Of a stretch of 64,000 nt of DNA, positions 1-13,007 are shown piece by piece. Under the pieces are notes generated by a model. The model was not told where the DNA came from. It made no database searches and was given only the letters and a program-made list of their open reading frames with translations. Source of the DNA: Candidatus Eiseniibacteriota bacterium (GTDB lineage Bacteria; Eisenbacteria; RBG-16-71-46); assembly GCA_963717505.1 (NCBI GenBank), contig OY970342.1, forward strand, positions 3,872,001-3,936,000, given 5' to 3'. The position numbers and the translations under genes are program-made. The stretch's first letter is position 1, and every line of letters starts with the position of its first letter.

Positions 1-260
1 GTCGAACTGGAACAGCCGGTCGATCGCGGCGCGCACCTCGGCCTCGCTTGAGCGTGGCCAGGTAGGTCAGCTCGGTCTGGGCCAGGATCTGGATGCGCTC
101 GGGCAGGAAGTTCTCGACGAAGCCCATCAGCGCCATGCCCGGGCCGATGGATGTCGCTGACGGTGATCTCGCGGCGAGATGCGAGCGACTCGGTGAGCGG
201 CTCGAGCTGGAGTTCCTGCTGCTGGTCTTCGAACAGCCGCGCGACGCTGAGGGTCTGCAC
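1..260 (-). CDS. hprK: HPr kinase/phosphorylase, N-terminal part (runs off the window)
   Basis: Manual translation from GTG at 260 (GAGGAGG upstream): VQTLSVARLFEDQQQELQLEPLT...EITVSDIHRPGMALMGFVENFLPERIQILAQTE. The HRPG.AL.G...ERIQI motif and the position after rpoN-hpf fit hprK; small indels present. Confidence 0.85.
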   Translation of the reverse strand, partial: MQTLSVARLFEDQQQELQLEPLTESLASRREITVSDIHRPGHGADGLRRELPARAHPDPGPDRADLPGHAQARPRCAPRSTGCSSS

Positions 261-267
261 GCCGGGC

Positions 268-679
268 TCAGTCCTCCTCGCCTTCCAGGAACTCCAGATC
301 GCCCTCGGCGGAACCCGTCGGCTCCGCGCTCCGCTCGGAAGCGGTCGTCACGGAATCCTCGGGGGCTCGACCATTGACGATGCGTCCACGCTTGCGATCG
401 ACCCGCTACTCCTTGAGCCGCCGCAGCTGTCGCTCCAGCCGGTCCGGCCGCCAGGTCGATCGCGAGCGCGGCCTCGTCGGCCTCCTCGCGACTGACCAGC
501 TCCCGGCCCTTCAGCCGCAGCGTGATTTCGGCAGTGTAGCGATATCCCTCGCCGGTGACGATCAGGTGGGCTTCCTGGAGGTCCCGGGCGTAGCGGCCGA
601 GCTTCTCGATTCGGGTTTGCGCGATCAGGCGCACTTCAGGGTCCAGCTCGCAGTGGCGGGCGGTGGTGTGGATCTGCAT
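268..679 (-). CDS. hpf: Ribosome hibernation promoting factor (HPF/RaiA), frameshifted in this read
   Basis: MQIHTTARHCELDPEVR...EAHLIVTGEGYRYTAEITLRLKGRELVSREEA...RLERQLRRLKE, directly after rpoN. In-frame TAG at 406-408, then the frame stays open to TGA at 268. Confidence 0.8.
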
Positions 680-736
680 GGACACCTCGGCGACCGGCGC
701 CCGGCGGGCTCGGGGCCGGCGGTTGGAGCGGGCGAC

Positions 737-2179
737 TCAGGCGACGCGCCGGCGGAATCGCGCCGGCAGGACGCTGAGCTGCTCGCGGTACTTGGCCACG
801 GTGCGTCGTGCGATCTTGAGTCCCTTCTCGTGGAGCAGCTCGGCGATCCGCTGGTCCGAGAGCGGGTCCTTCTTGTCCTCCTCGTCGATGAGCGTCTTGA
901 TGATGTTCTTGGCGGTGCGCGCCGAGACGTCTTCGCCATCCTCGGTCTCGAGGCCGCTCGAGAAGAAGAACTTGAGCTCGAAGACGCCGCGCGGCGTCTG
1001 CACGTACTTGCCGCTGCACACGCGGCTCACCGTCGATTCGTGCATGTCGATCTGGCGGGCCACCTGCTGCAGCGTCAGCGGGCGCAGGAACTGCGATGCC
1101 CTTGTCGAAGAACTCGCGCTGCTCGCGGATGATGCAGTTCATCACCTTGATCATGGTGCTGCGCCGCTGCTCGATGGTCTGGATCAGCCAGCGCGCGGAG
1201 TTGAGCTTGCCCTGGATGTACTCGCGGGTCTTCTGCTCGTCCGAGCTCGTGTCGGCCTTGCTCTTTTCGCGCAGCACGCTCTCGTAGGCCGACGAGATCC
1301 GCAGCCGCGGCAGGTGCCGGTCGTTGAGCAGCGACGACGTACTCCTCGTCGACCCGCTCCACCAGCAGGTCGGGCACGACGTACTTGGGATCCTCGCTCG
1401 ACACCTGGAGCCCCGGGCGCGGGTTGCAGCGTCGCGATGACGTCGGCCGCGGCCTGGACCTCCTCGACCGCGCACTTGAGCTGGCGCGCGATCTCGGGGA
1501 AGCGCCGGTTGACCAGGTGGTCGAAGTGGTCGTGGATGATGCGCCAGGCCAGCGTGTCCTGCTCGCCGCGGGCCTCGAGCTGGATCAGCAGGCACTCGCG
1601 CAGGTTGCGCGCCCCGACCCCGGCCGGCTCGAGCGCCTGGATCACTTTGAGCACCTTCTCGCACGTCCTCGACGGTACAGCCCGAGGCCTCGGCGACATC
1701 CTCGAGCGGCGTCGCGAGCCAGCCGCTGTCGTCGAGCGAGCCGACCAGGAACTCGGCGACCGCTCATGTAGCCGTCCGGCAGGTTCAGGAAGTGGAGCTG
1801 CTCGAGCAGGCTCTCGGCCAGCGTGCGTGCGCGTGACCGGCACCTTCTCGAGGAACTCGACGCTTGTCTCGCTCTGCGGCACGTAGGTGCGGTCGAGCAC
1901 CGTCCTGCAGGTAGTCCGACCAGTCGATCGGATCCTCTTCGCTCGGGATCCTCGGCCTCCTCGTTGGCCTTCTCCTCGGGCGAGTCCTCCTTGCGCGAGG
2001 TCCTCGTTGTCGGTGAGCTCGTCGACCTCCTCGAGCAGCGGGTTCTGCATGATCTCCTGCTTGAGGATCTGCTGCAGCTCGAGGGTCGGCACCTGGAGCA
2101 GCTTGAGCGCCTGCTGCAGCCGCGGCGTCATGATCAGCGCCGGCCGCAGCGACAGGTTGAGCGAGGGTTTCATTTCCAT
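737..2179 (-). CDS. rpoN: RNA polymerase sigma-54 factor (split by indels)
   Basis: N-terminus MTPRLQQALKLLQVPTLEL...NPLLE, central GVGARNLRECLLIQL, and C-terminal HESTVSR plus RpoN box ARRTVAKYRE, spread over several frames. Confidence 0.95.
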
Positions 2180-2194
2180 GGTGGCAGTCCCGTC

Positions 2195-2975
2195 CTAGAG
2201 GCTGAAACGTTCGCCGAGGTAGATCTCGCGCGCTCTCGGAGTCGCTCGCCAGCTCCTCGGCCGTCCCTGCAGCAGGATCCGGCCCTCGTACATGATGTAG
2301 GCGCGGTCCGTGATGCGCAGGGTTTCGCGCACGTTGTGATCGGTGATCAGCACGCCCAGTGCCGCGGTCGCGCAGCCGCGCGACGATGTCCTGGATCTCG
2401 GCGACGGCGATCGGGATCGATGCCGACGAACGGCTCGTCGAGCAGCATGAACGACGGGCTCGCCGCGCCAGCGCGCGGGTGATCTCGACGCGCCGCCGCT
2501 CGCCGCCCGACAGCTTGGTCGCCTGCGCGGTCGGCCAGGTGCGTCAGGTTGAGCTCCTCGAGCAGCTCGGCCAGGCGCTCCTCGCGCTCGCTGCGACGTC
2601 AGCTTCATGGTCTCGAGCACCGCCAGCACGTTCTCGCGCACCGTGAGGCGGCGGAAGATGCTGGGCTCCTGCGCCAGGTAGCCGAGCCCGCGACGCGCCC
2701 GCCGGTACACCGGCTCGTCGGTGATGTCGCTCGCCCTCGAGCAGGATGCGCCCGTGGTTCGGGCGCAGCAGACCGACGATCATGTAGAAGGACGTGGTCT
2801 TGCCGGCGCCGTTGGGCCCGAGCAGACCGACGACCTCGCCGCGCCGCACTTCGATCGTGACGTCGTTCACCACGCGCCACTTGCCGTAGTAGCGGACCAG
2901 ATTCTCGGCACGCAGCTCGGCCGCCACCGCCGGGGTTTCGGCCACGGGCGCCTGATGTTCCTGGGTCACGGTCAT
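2195..2975 (-). CDS. lptB: LPS export ABC ATPase
   Basis: [51 protein letters not shown] and [11 protein letters not shown]; frameshifted. Confidence 0.92.
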
Positions 2976-3565
2976 TCCGGATCCCGCGGTCGCACCAGGC
3001 CTTCGGTGTCCGAGCGCACCGTGGCCTTCACCGCACGCTTGAACTCGAAGTGCCTGAGGTCGGGATCGCTCTCGAATCCATACCCGGTCAGCACGTCGCC
3101 GCCGCGCTCGACGCGCACCAGCTGGTTCGTCGGGGACCATGCATCTTCTGCGCTTGGTTCAGGAACCGCAGCTCCTCGGTCGACAGCCGCGTGCCCTCGG
3201 TGGTCTGGAGCACGACGTTGCCGCGGGCGATCATGTCGCGGGTGCGCTGGTTGATCTCGCCCTCGCGGGCGATCAGCTCCGAGGAACGCTCGCCCTGCTC
3301 GTTGAAGAAGTCGACGCGGACCGCCTGGGCGATGGTCAGGTTGCGCGCGTTGTAGGTGGCGGCGCTGCGCGCGTAGAGCTTCCACTGCGACGCGGCCGTC
3401 GTCGGTCTCGGTCAACGCGAAGTCCGAGACCTCCTGGTCGGGCAGTTCCTGGGCCGGGACCGCCGGGTTCGGCCGGCGCTGCTCACCACACGCGGAAAGG
3501 CTGGCCACGGCAAGCATCGCCAGCAGCATCCATCCGACGTTGGGGATAGGGCGTCGTCTCCGCAT
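2972..3565 (-). CDS. lptC: LPS export periplasmic protein LptC
   Basis: Hydrophobic lipoprotein-like N-terminus (ASLSAC), [13 protein letters not shown] and [12 protein letters not shown]; lies between kdsD and lptB; frameshifted. Confidence 0.75.
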   Translation of the reverse strand: MRRRRPIPNVGWMLLAMLAVASLSACGEQRRPNPAVPAQELPDQEVSDFALTETDDGRVAVEALRAQRRHLQRAQPDHRPGGPRRLLQRAGRAFLGADRPRGRDQPAHPRHDRPRQRRAPDHRGHAAVDRGAAVPEPSAEDAWSPTNQLVRVERGGDVLTGYGFESDPDLRHFEFKRAVKATVRSDTEGLVRPRDPE

Positions 3566-3656
3566 GGGACCTTTCGGTTTCTGGATGCCGCGAGGCGGCG
3601 CCTGCGCCCCCGCCGCGCGGGTCGAAGGGCGACGCTAGCAAAGGTATGGGACCCCG

Positions 3657-3675
3657 GCAAGCACAGCTTGTGCCA
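3657..3675 (-). promoter_or_regulatory. Putative sigma54 (-24/-12) promoter of lptC-lptB-rpoN-hpf-hprK
   Basis: Minus strand reads TGGCACAAGCTGTGCTTGC, i.e. GG-N10-GC with TGGCAC, about 90 nt upstream of lptC. Confidence 0.55.
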
Positions 3676-3769
3676 AATGCCCCTGCCTCGTGATACGTGG
3701 TTATTATCGGAAGGGTTACGCCGTTTCTTGACCCCGGGGTGTCCGCATTCGGACCCGGGGGTGACGGCC

Positions 3770-4804
3770 CTAGGGCGCCGACCGTAGACAGTCGTGCAGG
3801 TGGAGGACCCCGACCGGCCGGCGGTCGCCGTCGACCACGACCAGCGCCGTGATCGGACCGGCCTCGCGCTCCTCCATTTGCCGCACCGCGGCCGCCACGA
3901 GCGCGTCGGGCGCGATCGTGCTCGGCGTGCGGCTCATGACGTCGCGCGGCCGTCAGCCGCCAGGGATCCGGATGCTTGATCAGGATGCGCTTGAAGTCGC
4001 CGTCGATGACCACGCCGGCGAGCCGTCCGGCGGCATCGACCACCGTGGTGAGCCCGAGACGCTTCTCCATGATCTCGAGCATCACGTCGCGCAGCCCGTG
4101 CCGACTCGCTCACCCGCGGCACGTCGTCGCCCCCGTGCATCAGCTCGTCCACGCGCCGCGACGCGGAGCGCCCGAGCACGCCGCCCGGGTGCAGGAAGCG
4201 GAAGTCCTCGGGCTTGAACCCGCGCCGCTCGAGCAGCGCGACCGCCAGGCAGTCCGCCCATCACCTGGCCAGCGTCATGCTGGTGGTCGGCGTCAGGTCC
4301 ATCGGGCAGGCCTCGCGCAGCGGACCGGTGACCAGCGTCACTTCGCTCTTGCGCGACGAGCGCGGAACCGGCGACCGCGACGATGCTGACCAGCGGGAAT
4401 GCCGTGGCGCTCGAGATAGGGCATCAGCGCCAGCAGCTCCTCGCTGCCGCCGCTCTTCGAGATGAACAGCGCGAGCGTCTCCGGGCGTGAACAGTCCGGC
4501 GTCGCCGTGCAGCGCGTCCGCCGGATGCAGGAACACCGCGGGCGTGCCGGTGCTGGTGAAGCGTCGCGGCGATCTTGTGGGCGATGAGTCCCGACTTGCC
4601 GACGCCCGACACGATGACCTTGCCGCGGCAGGCGGCGAGGAGCTCGACCGCGCGCGAGAACTCGGGCCCCATTCGCGACTCGAGTGCCGCCACCGCCGCC
4701 GCCTCGATGCGCACCACCTCGCGCGCGATCTCGAGGTCGCGTTCCGCAGCACTCGCGGCAGGGGCCGCGGCAGCGCCGCGGGTGGAATCCGCGGTCGGGC
4801 TCAT
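3770..4804 (-). CDS. kdsD: Arabinose-5-phosphate isomerase (KpsF/GutQ, SIS + CBS domains)
   Basis: GKVIVSGVGKSGLIAHKIAA, STGTPAVFLHPADALHGD, EACPMDLTPTTS, and C-terminal GVLHLHDCL; frameshifted. Confidence 0.9.
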
Positions 4805-5306
4805 TTCGCCTCGTAGCGCTGCGAGCACGTCGGCCCAGGTGCCGTTGTGCCGGAGGACGCTCTCGACCACTTCGCGCACCGCGCCCTGGCCGCCGCAGGG
4901 CCCGCGTCACCGTCTTGGCCACGCGCCGCACCTCGGGGCTCGCGTCGCCGACCGCGATCGGCCAGCCGACGCGGCGCATGCAGCGGCACGTCCGGCAGGT
5001 CGTCGCCGACCATCACGCACTGCGGCCCAGGTGCGCGCCCTCGCGCGCGAGCACGCGCTCGGCGACCGCGCACCTTGTCCTTCGACGCCCAGGTAGTGCT
5101 CGAGCTTGAGGTCGAACATGCGCGCTCGACCGGCGATCGAGCCGCGGCCGGAGATGACCACCGGCAGCACGCCCGAGCTCGCGCGCCCACTCGAGCGCGA
5201 TCCCGTCGCGAATCCAGAAGTTGCGCCCGTCACCCGCGCCGTCGAAGTGGATTCCGCCGTCGGTCAGCGTGCCGTCGACGTCGAGGAAGATGATCCTGAT
5301 CGCCAC
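4801..5306 (-). CDS. kdsC: KDO-8-phosphate phosphatase (HAD family)
   Basis: IIFLDVDGTLTDGGI, MVGDDLPDV and REVVESVL; sits in the kds cluster; frameshifted. Confidence 0.85.
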
Positions 5307-5400
5307 ACGAGCATTCCCGCCGCCGCGCCGCGCGGGAGTCGGGACCCGCCTTGTTGGCCGTGCACCGGTGCGCGCTTCTTTCGGAGCGCTCGACGACTTC

Positions 5401-6236
5401 CTAGGCATGCGCCCGTCTCCGCACCGCCTGGCGCACGCGCGCGGCCTCGTCGAGGAACGCCTCGACCACTGCGAGCGGCAGCTGGGTCGCAGCGTCGGAC
5501 AGCGCGCGCGCCGGATCGGGATGCGTCTCGAAGAACAGCCCGTCCACGCCGCACGCCACCGCCGCGCGCATCAGCGGGATCGCGCATCGCGCGATCGCCG
5601 CCGGTCTCGGCGCCGCCCGGCTGCTGCAGGCTGTGGGTGGCGTCGTAGACCACCGGCCAGCCCAGGCGCGCGCATACGCACCAGCCCGCGCATGTCGACC
5701 ACCAGGTCGTGGTAGCCGAAGGTCGTGCCGCGCTCGGTGAGCAGGATGTCGCTGGCCGCCCGCGGCCGTCGAGCTTGTCGACGACGTGCGCCATGTCGTC
5801 CGGGCGCCAGGAACTGACCCTTCTTCACGTTCACCGCGCGCCCGGCTGCGCGCCGCGGCCTGGAGCAGCGCGGTCTGCCGGCAGAGGAACGCCGGGATCT
5901 GCAGGCAGTCGGCGACCTCGGCGGCCGCCTCGACCTCGGCGATCTCGTGCACGTCGGTGAGGATCGGGACGCCGATCTCGCGCTTCACGCGCGCCAGGAT
6001 CGCGAGCGCCTTCGGCGACCGGCAGTCCCTCGAACGACGCGGCCGCTCGAACGGTTGGCCTTGCGGTACGACGCCTTGAACACGAACGGCAGGCCGCGCG
6101 CCGCGCAGGCGTCACTGCAGCTTTGCGCGCGATCTCGAGGCACATCTCGGCGCTCTCGATCACGCACGGCCCGGCGATCACCAGCACGCCGGACCTCCGA
6201 CTTGCGCCCCCGCGATGTCGAACCGTTTCACGTCGC

Positions 6237-6240
<4 letters not shown>
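5401..6240 (-). CDS. kdsA: KDO-8-phosphate synthase
   Basis: [49 protein letters not shown] and FFETHPDP; frameshifted. Confidence 0.95.
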
Positions 6241-7961
<1,721 letters not shown>

Positions 7962-8168
7962 GGCTGGTCTCCTGGAATGGGTTGGCCGCTAGAAACGAGA
8001 CGCGCCGCCCCGGGACCCGTCAGGCCCCGAAACGGCAGCGCGAAGAATTCCATGCACGTGTGGCACGGACTCGGAGGCTAGCACACGGCCTCCGGGGAAT
8101 CGAGCGCAGCACCGCATGCGAAGGAAGGACGCGGCGCCGGACCGGCGAATCTGCCCCGGCCGGTCGGT

Positions 8169-8928
8169 CTAGCGGCCCGGGCCGCGCGCTTCGAGTGCCG
8201 CCAGCTGTTCCGGCGTGTCCACGCCGCTCGCCGGTTTCTGGCTCTCGAACACGCGGATCTCGACGCCACGCTCGACTGCGCGGAGCTGTTCGAGCTGCTC
8301 GCGCCGCTCGCCATCGCCTTCGGGCCAGCTCGAGAACTCGAGCAGGAAGTCGCGTCGATAGCCGTAAACGCCGACGTGGCGCATCACCAGTCCGCCCCCG
8401 GGTGGCGGCCAGTCGTCGCGTGAAGTAGCGCGCCACGCCCTGATCGAGGCCGACCTTGACCACGTGCTCGGACTCGAGGGTGGCCGGATCGTCCTCGGAA
8501 TGGGCGAGCGTCGCCATGACGATCGTGGGATCGTTCACCATGCCGGCGACCATTTCGTTGACCGCGTCGACGTCGAGTTCGGGCTCGTCGCCCTGGACGT
8601 TGACGATGATGTCGGCGCCGGGGTAGCGGCGCGCGACTTCGGCGACACGGTCGGTGCCCGAAGTGCGGCCGAGTGCGGTGCACTCGACCACGCGCTCGAA
8701 GCGTTGCGCCGCCGCGACGATCCGTTCGTCGTCGGTGGCAATGATCACGCGCTCGACGCCGCGAATCCGCTGGGCGCCGCTCCCACACGTGCTCGCAGCA
8801 GTGGTCTTGCCCCACAGCTCGGCGAGCGGCTTGCCCGGAAAGCGCGTCGCGCCGTAGCGAGCCGGGATCACCACCAGCACGCTGGCGTTGGCCAGGGCTC
8901 GTGATGCGGCAATGGTGTCATCCACCAT
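8169..8928 (-). CDS. kdsB: CMP-KDO synthetase
   Basis: IPARYGATRFPGKPL, SGTDRVAEV, NVQGDEP, HVGVYGYR, EQLEQLR and GVDTPE; start uncertain. Confidence 0.9.
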
Positions 8929-8972
8929 GGACGGCGTTCCTCACCGAATGTGCGGCGCGACCCTGGGCCCGT

Positions 8973-9915
<943 letters not shown>

Positions 9916-10012
9916 GGCATCCCTCCGTGCACGCGGTCTCGCGTTCAAACCGAAACGCCACGCCGCCGGAGGCGAAGCCCGAGGCGACGTGGCGCTCGAG
10001 TCGAACGACGGC

Positions 10013-10286
10013 TCAGTTCGTCTCGCGCCGCGCGCGGAACGACGTGCACCTTCTTGCGGGTGCCGCGATAGCGCGTGAACTTGACCTCGCCGTCCACCAG
10101 GGCGAACAGCGTGTCGTCCTTGGCCCGGGCCCACGTTGACGCCCGGGGAAGATCTTGGTGCCGCGCTGGCGAACCAGGATGTTGCCTGCGCGTCACCTTC
10201 TCGCCGCCGAAGCGCTTGACGCCCAGGCGCTGCGCGTTCGACTCGCGGCCGTTCTTGGACGAGGACTGACCTTTTTTATGAGCCAT
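10013..10286 (-). CDS. rpmA: 50S ribosomal protein L27
   Basis: [28 protein letters not shown]...[14 protein letters not shown]; 3' end approximate because of indels. Confidence 0.95.
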
Positions 10287-10295
10287 GGCTGCTCC

Positions 10296-10609
10296 CTAGG
10301 CCGTGATCGCGGTGACGCGAAGCGCGTGCAGCTCGTCGCGATGGCCCGGCGGCGCCGGTATTCGCGCCGGCGCTTGAACTTGAAGATGCGGAGCTTTCGG
10401 CCCGCGGAAGTGTTCGACCACCTCGACCGTGAGGCTGGCGCCCTTCACGTAGGGCTGGCCGACCGAGATCTTGTCGCCGTCGGCGACCATCAGGATCTGG
10501 TCGAAGGTCAGCTGGCCGCCCGGCTCGCCGGTCAGGCGCGGCACGACGAGCACTTCGTCGGGCGTCGACCCGGGTCTGGATTCCCGTTGATGTTGACGAT
10601 CGCGTACAT
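10296..10609 (-). CDS. rplU: 50S ribosomal protein L21
   Basis: MYAIVNI...FDQILMV...VGQPYVKGA..VEVVEH..IFKFKRRREYRR, directly upstream of rpmA. Confidence 0.92.
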
Positions 10610-10698
10610 GAATGGCTCCGAAGAGTTTCGGCCTGGCGGCCGGCGCCAAAGCTCGGGCGCGGCGTCCGGAGCGGCAGGAGCCGCTGGACAGAACGGGT

Positions 10699-10728
10699 TT
10701 TGTACCACGGGAGACGCAGGGGTGTCAA
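10699..10728 (-). promoter_or_regulatory. Putative sigma70 promoter of rplU-rpmA
   Basis: TTGACA-N18-TACAAA with an extended-10 TG. Confidence 0.45.
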
Positions 10729-10807
10729 AGCCAGCCCGGTTTCCCGCCTTCCGTCCGAAGGCATCGTCTGGATGCGGTAGTTTGGTCGCTCATCAGGGAG
10801 GGCTGTC

Positions 10808-11359
10808 ATGAAACCATGGAACGCTGTTGGTTTGGTCGCGACCGGCTGCCTGATCGGCTGCGTGGCGTCGGGTCCGCCGCTGACCGCCGAGGGCCCCGAG
10901 ACCGTCGAGCGTGCGTTCGTCCCCTGCGCGCCGCTGGTCATCGACCGCGGCGACATGCGTCTGGGCACGACCGTCTACTTTTCTCGGCTGCCCGATGCCG
11001 GGCAGATTCACGATCTGACGAGCGAGCGCGGCCTCGCCCACGTCGTCCTGACGCTCGACGAATGGCCCGATGACATCAGCCGGCTCACGGCGCTCGAAGC
11101 CGTGCCGCCCGAGGCGGATGTCATCGTCGTCCTCCGCGGCTATCCCCCGTCGCGAGGCGCGGTCGATCTGTGGAAGCTGGTGAGTGCGCGTCTACGGCTG
11201 GTGGTGCTGGTCACCGAGCCACCGATGAACCCGCTCACGCTCGACTGGCTCAACGAAGCGCCGGCACTCGAACGAGTGATCGCCGAGATGGAGATCTCGT
11301 CGCGCGCGGGCTTCGAACGGCTACAGCGGCCGCTGAGCTTTCGGCGGGTGGTGCTCTAG
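10808..11359 (+). CDS. Hypothetical lipoprotein
   Basis: Clean 183-aa ORF with a signal peptide ending LIGC and a GGAGG SD. Confidence 0.65.
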   Translation: MKPWNAVGLVATGCLIGCVASGPPLTAEGPETVERAFVPCAPLVIDRGDMRLGTTVYFSRLPDAGQIHDLTSERGLAHVVLTLDEWPDDISRLTALEAVPPEADVIVVLRGYPPSRGAVDLWKLVSARLRLVVLVTEPPMNPLTLDWLNEAPALERVIAEMEISSRAGFERLQRPLSFRRVVL

Positions 11360-11422
11360 AAGCGGAACCCCAAGACGGATCCGGAGAGCGGGCCCCGCCG
11401 CCGCACCCCGCGACCCGGTCGC

Positions 11423-12967
11423 CTAGGTCGCGGGCACCGCGCCGACCACCTGCTTGGTCAGGTCGGCCTTCTTCTCGGTGAACACCTTCATGTCGCCGCG
11501 CTTGAGCTGCGGATCGTCCTTCAAATCCACCTGCAGCTTAAAGCGCTTCTCCAGCTCGGCGAACCGCCGCGCCTCCTGCTCGACGAAGAACAGCGCGATC
11601 TCGGGCGACACCTTGATCGTGACCCGCTTCTCGGTCCCCATCGCACGCACCCGACGCATGACGCGCTCCAGCTTGACCAGCATGGTCTCGGGCGAGGACA
11701 CCTTGCCCAGGCCGCCACAATGCGGGCAGTCCTCGGTGTAGTAGTGGAGCAGGCTCGAGCGCTCGCGCTGCCGGGTCATTTCGACCAGGCCGAGGTCCGA
11801 CACGGCGAACGCCTTGGTGCGCGCCCGGTCTTTGCGCAGCTCGTTGCGCAGATCGTCGAACAGCGCCCGCTTGTTGGCTTCGATCTCCATGTCGATGAAG
11901 TCGATGACGATGATGCCGCCGATATCGCGCAGCCGGAGCTGGCGCGGAATCTCGCGCGCCGCTTCCATGTTGGTGCGGAAGATCGTGTCTTCCTGATTCT
12001 TCTTGCCGGTGAAGCGACCGGTGTTGACGTCGATTGCGGTCAGCGCCTCGGCATGGTCGATCAGGATGTAGCCGCCCTTCTTGAGCCACACCTTGCGCTC
12101 GAAGGTCTTCTCGATCTGGGGCTCGATCTCAAAATGGTCATAGATCGGATCGGCTTCCTTGTAGAGATGCACGCGCTCGCGCAATTCGGGCGAGACGCTC
12201 TTCAGGTAGTCCTGGATCTCCTCGAAGGCATCCGCGTCGTCGATCCAGACCTCGTCCACTTCATCGGTGAACAGGTCGCGAATCAATCCGGCGGTCATCT
12301 CCAGCTCGCGGTGCACCAGCGACGGGGCGCGCGACGACGACGCCTTGCGGTCGAGCTTCTGCCACACCTTGGTCAGGTGCTTGACGTCGGCGGCGAACTC
12401 GGGGTCGCCCTTGCCTTCGCCGGCGGTGCGGGCGATCAGGCCGACCCCTTTGGGCTTGAGGTCGTTGATGATCGCCTTGATCCGCTGGCGCTCGGACCGA
12501 TCCTCGATCCGGCGCGAGACCCCGACGTGCTCGACGCCGGGCATGAGCACGCAGAAGCGTCCAGGCAGGCTGACCTGCTGGGTGACGCGCGGGCCCTTGG
12601 TGCCGATCGACTCTTTGGTGATCTGGACCAGGATCTCCTGGCCCTTCTTCAGGTGGTCTTCGATCTTGGGCACCGGAGCACGGCGACGGCGGCGGTTGCC
12701 GTTCTCCTCGATGTCCGACAGGTCCTCCATGTCGCTGAGCGACTCGGCCAGATCCGAGGCATGAAGGAACGCGGTCTTGGGCAGGCCGAGATCGACGAAC
12801 GCCGCTTGCATCCCGGGGAGCACGGCATTCACCCGGCCCTTGTAGATGTCGCCCACGTGTCGCCGCTGTTCGGCGCGTTCGACAAACAGCTCGGTCAGCT
12901 CGCCGTCCTCGAGGATGGCGATACGGGTCTCGTAAGAGTCTGCGTTGATGACGATCGAGTGTTTCAC
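11423..12967 (-). CDS. Rne/Rng family ribonuclease
   Basis: GDIYKGRVNAVLPGMQAAFVD, IDVNTG, RLRDIGGIIVIDFIDM, and CPHCGG Zn-link; GTG start after AGGAAG. Confidence 0.95.
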   Translation of the reverse strand: MKHSIVINADSYETRIAILEDGELTELFVERAEQRRHVGDIYKGRVNAVLPGMQAAFVDLGLPKTAFLHASDLAESLSDMEDLSDIEENGNRRRRRAPVPKIEDHLKKGQEILVQITKESIGTKGPRVTQQVSLPGRFCVLMPGVEHVGVSRRIEDRSERQRIKAIINDLKPKGVGLIARTAGEGKGDPEFAADVKHLTKVWQKLDRKASSSRAPSLVHRELEMTAGLIRDLFTDEVDEVWIDDADAFEEIQDYLKSVSPELRERVHLYKEADPIYDHFEIEPQIEKTFERKVWLKKGGYILIDHAEALTAIDVNTGRFTGKKNQEDTIFRTNMEAAREIPRQLRLRDIGGIIVIDFIDMEIEANKRALFDDLRNELRKDRARTKAFAVSDLGLVEMTRQRERSSLLHYYTEDCPHCGGLGKVSSPETMLVKLERVMRRVRAMGTEKRVTIKVSPEIALFFVEQEARRFAELEKRFKLQVDLKDDPQLKRGDMKVFTEKKADLTKQVVGAVPAT

Positions 12968-13007
12968 ACGGACTTCCTCGCGGCGTTCCGCCGCTTCCGC
13001 GCGAATG

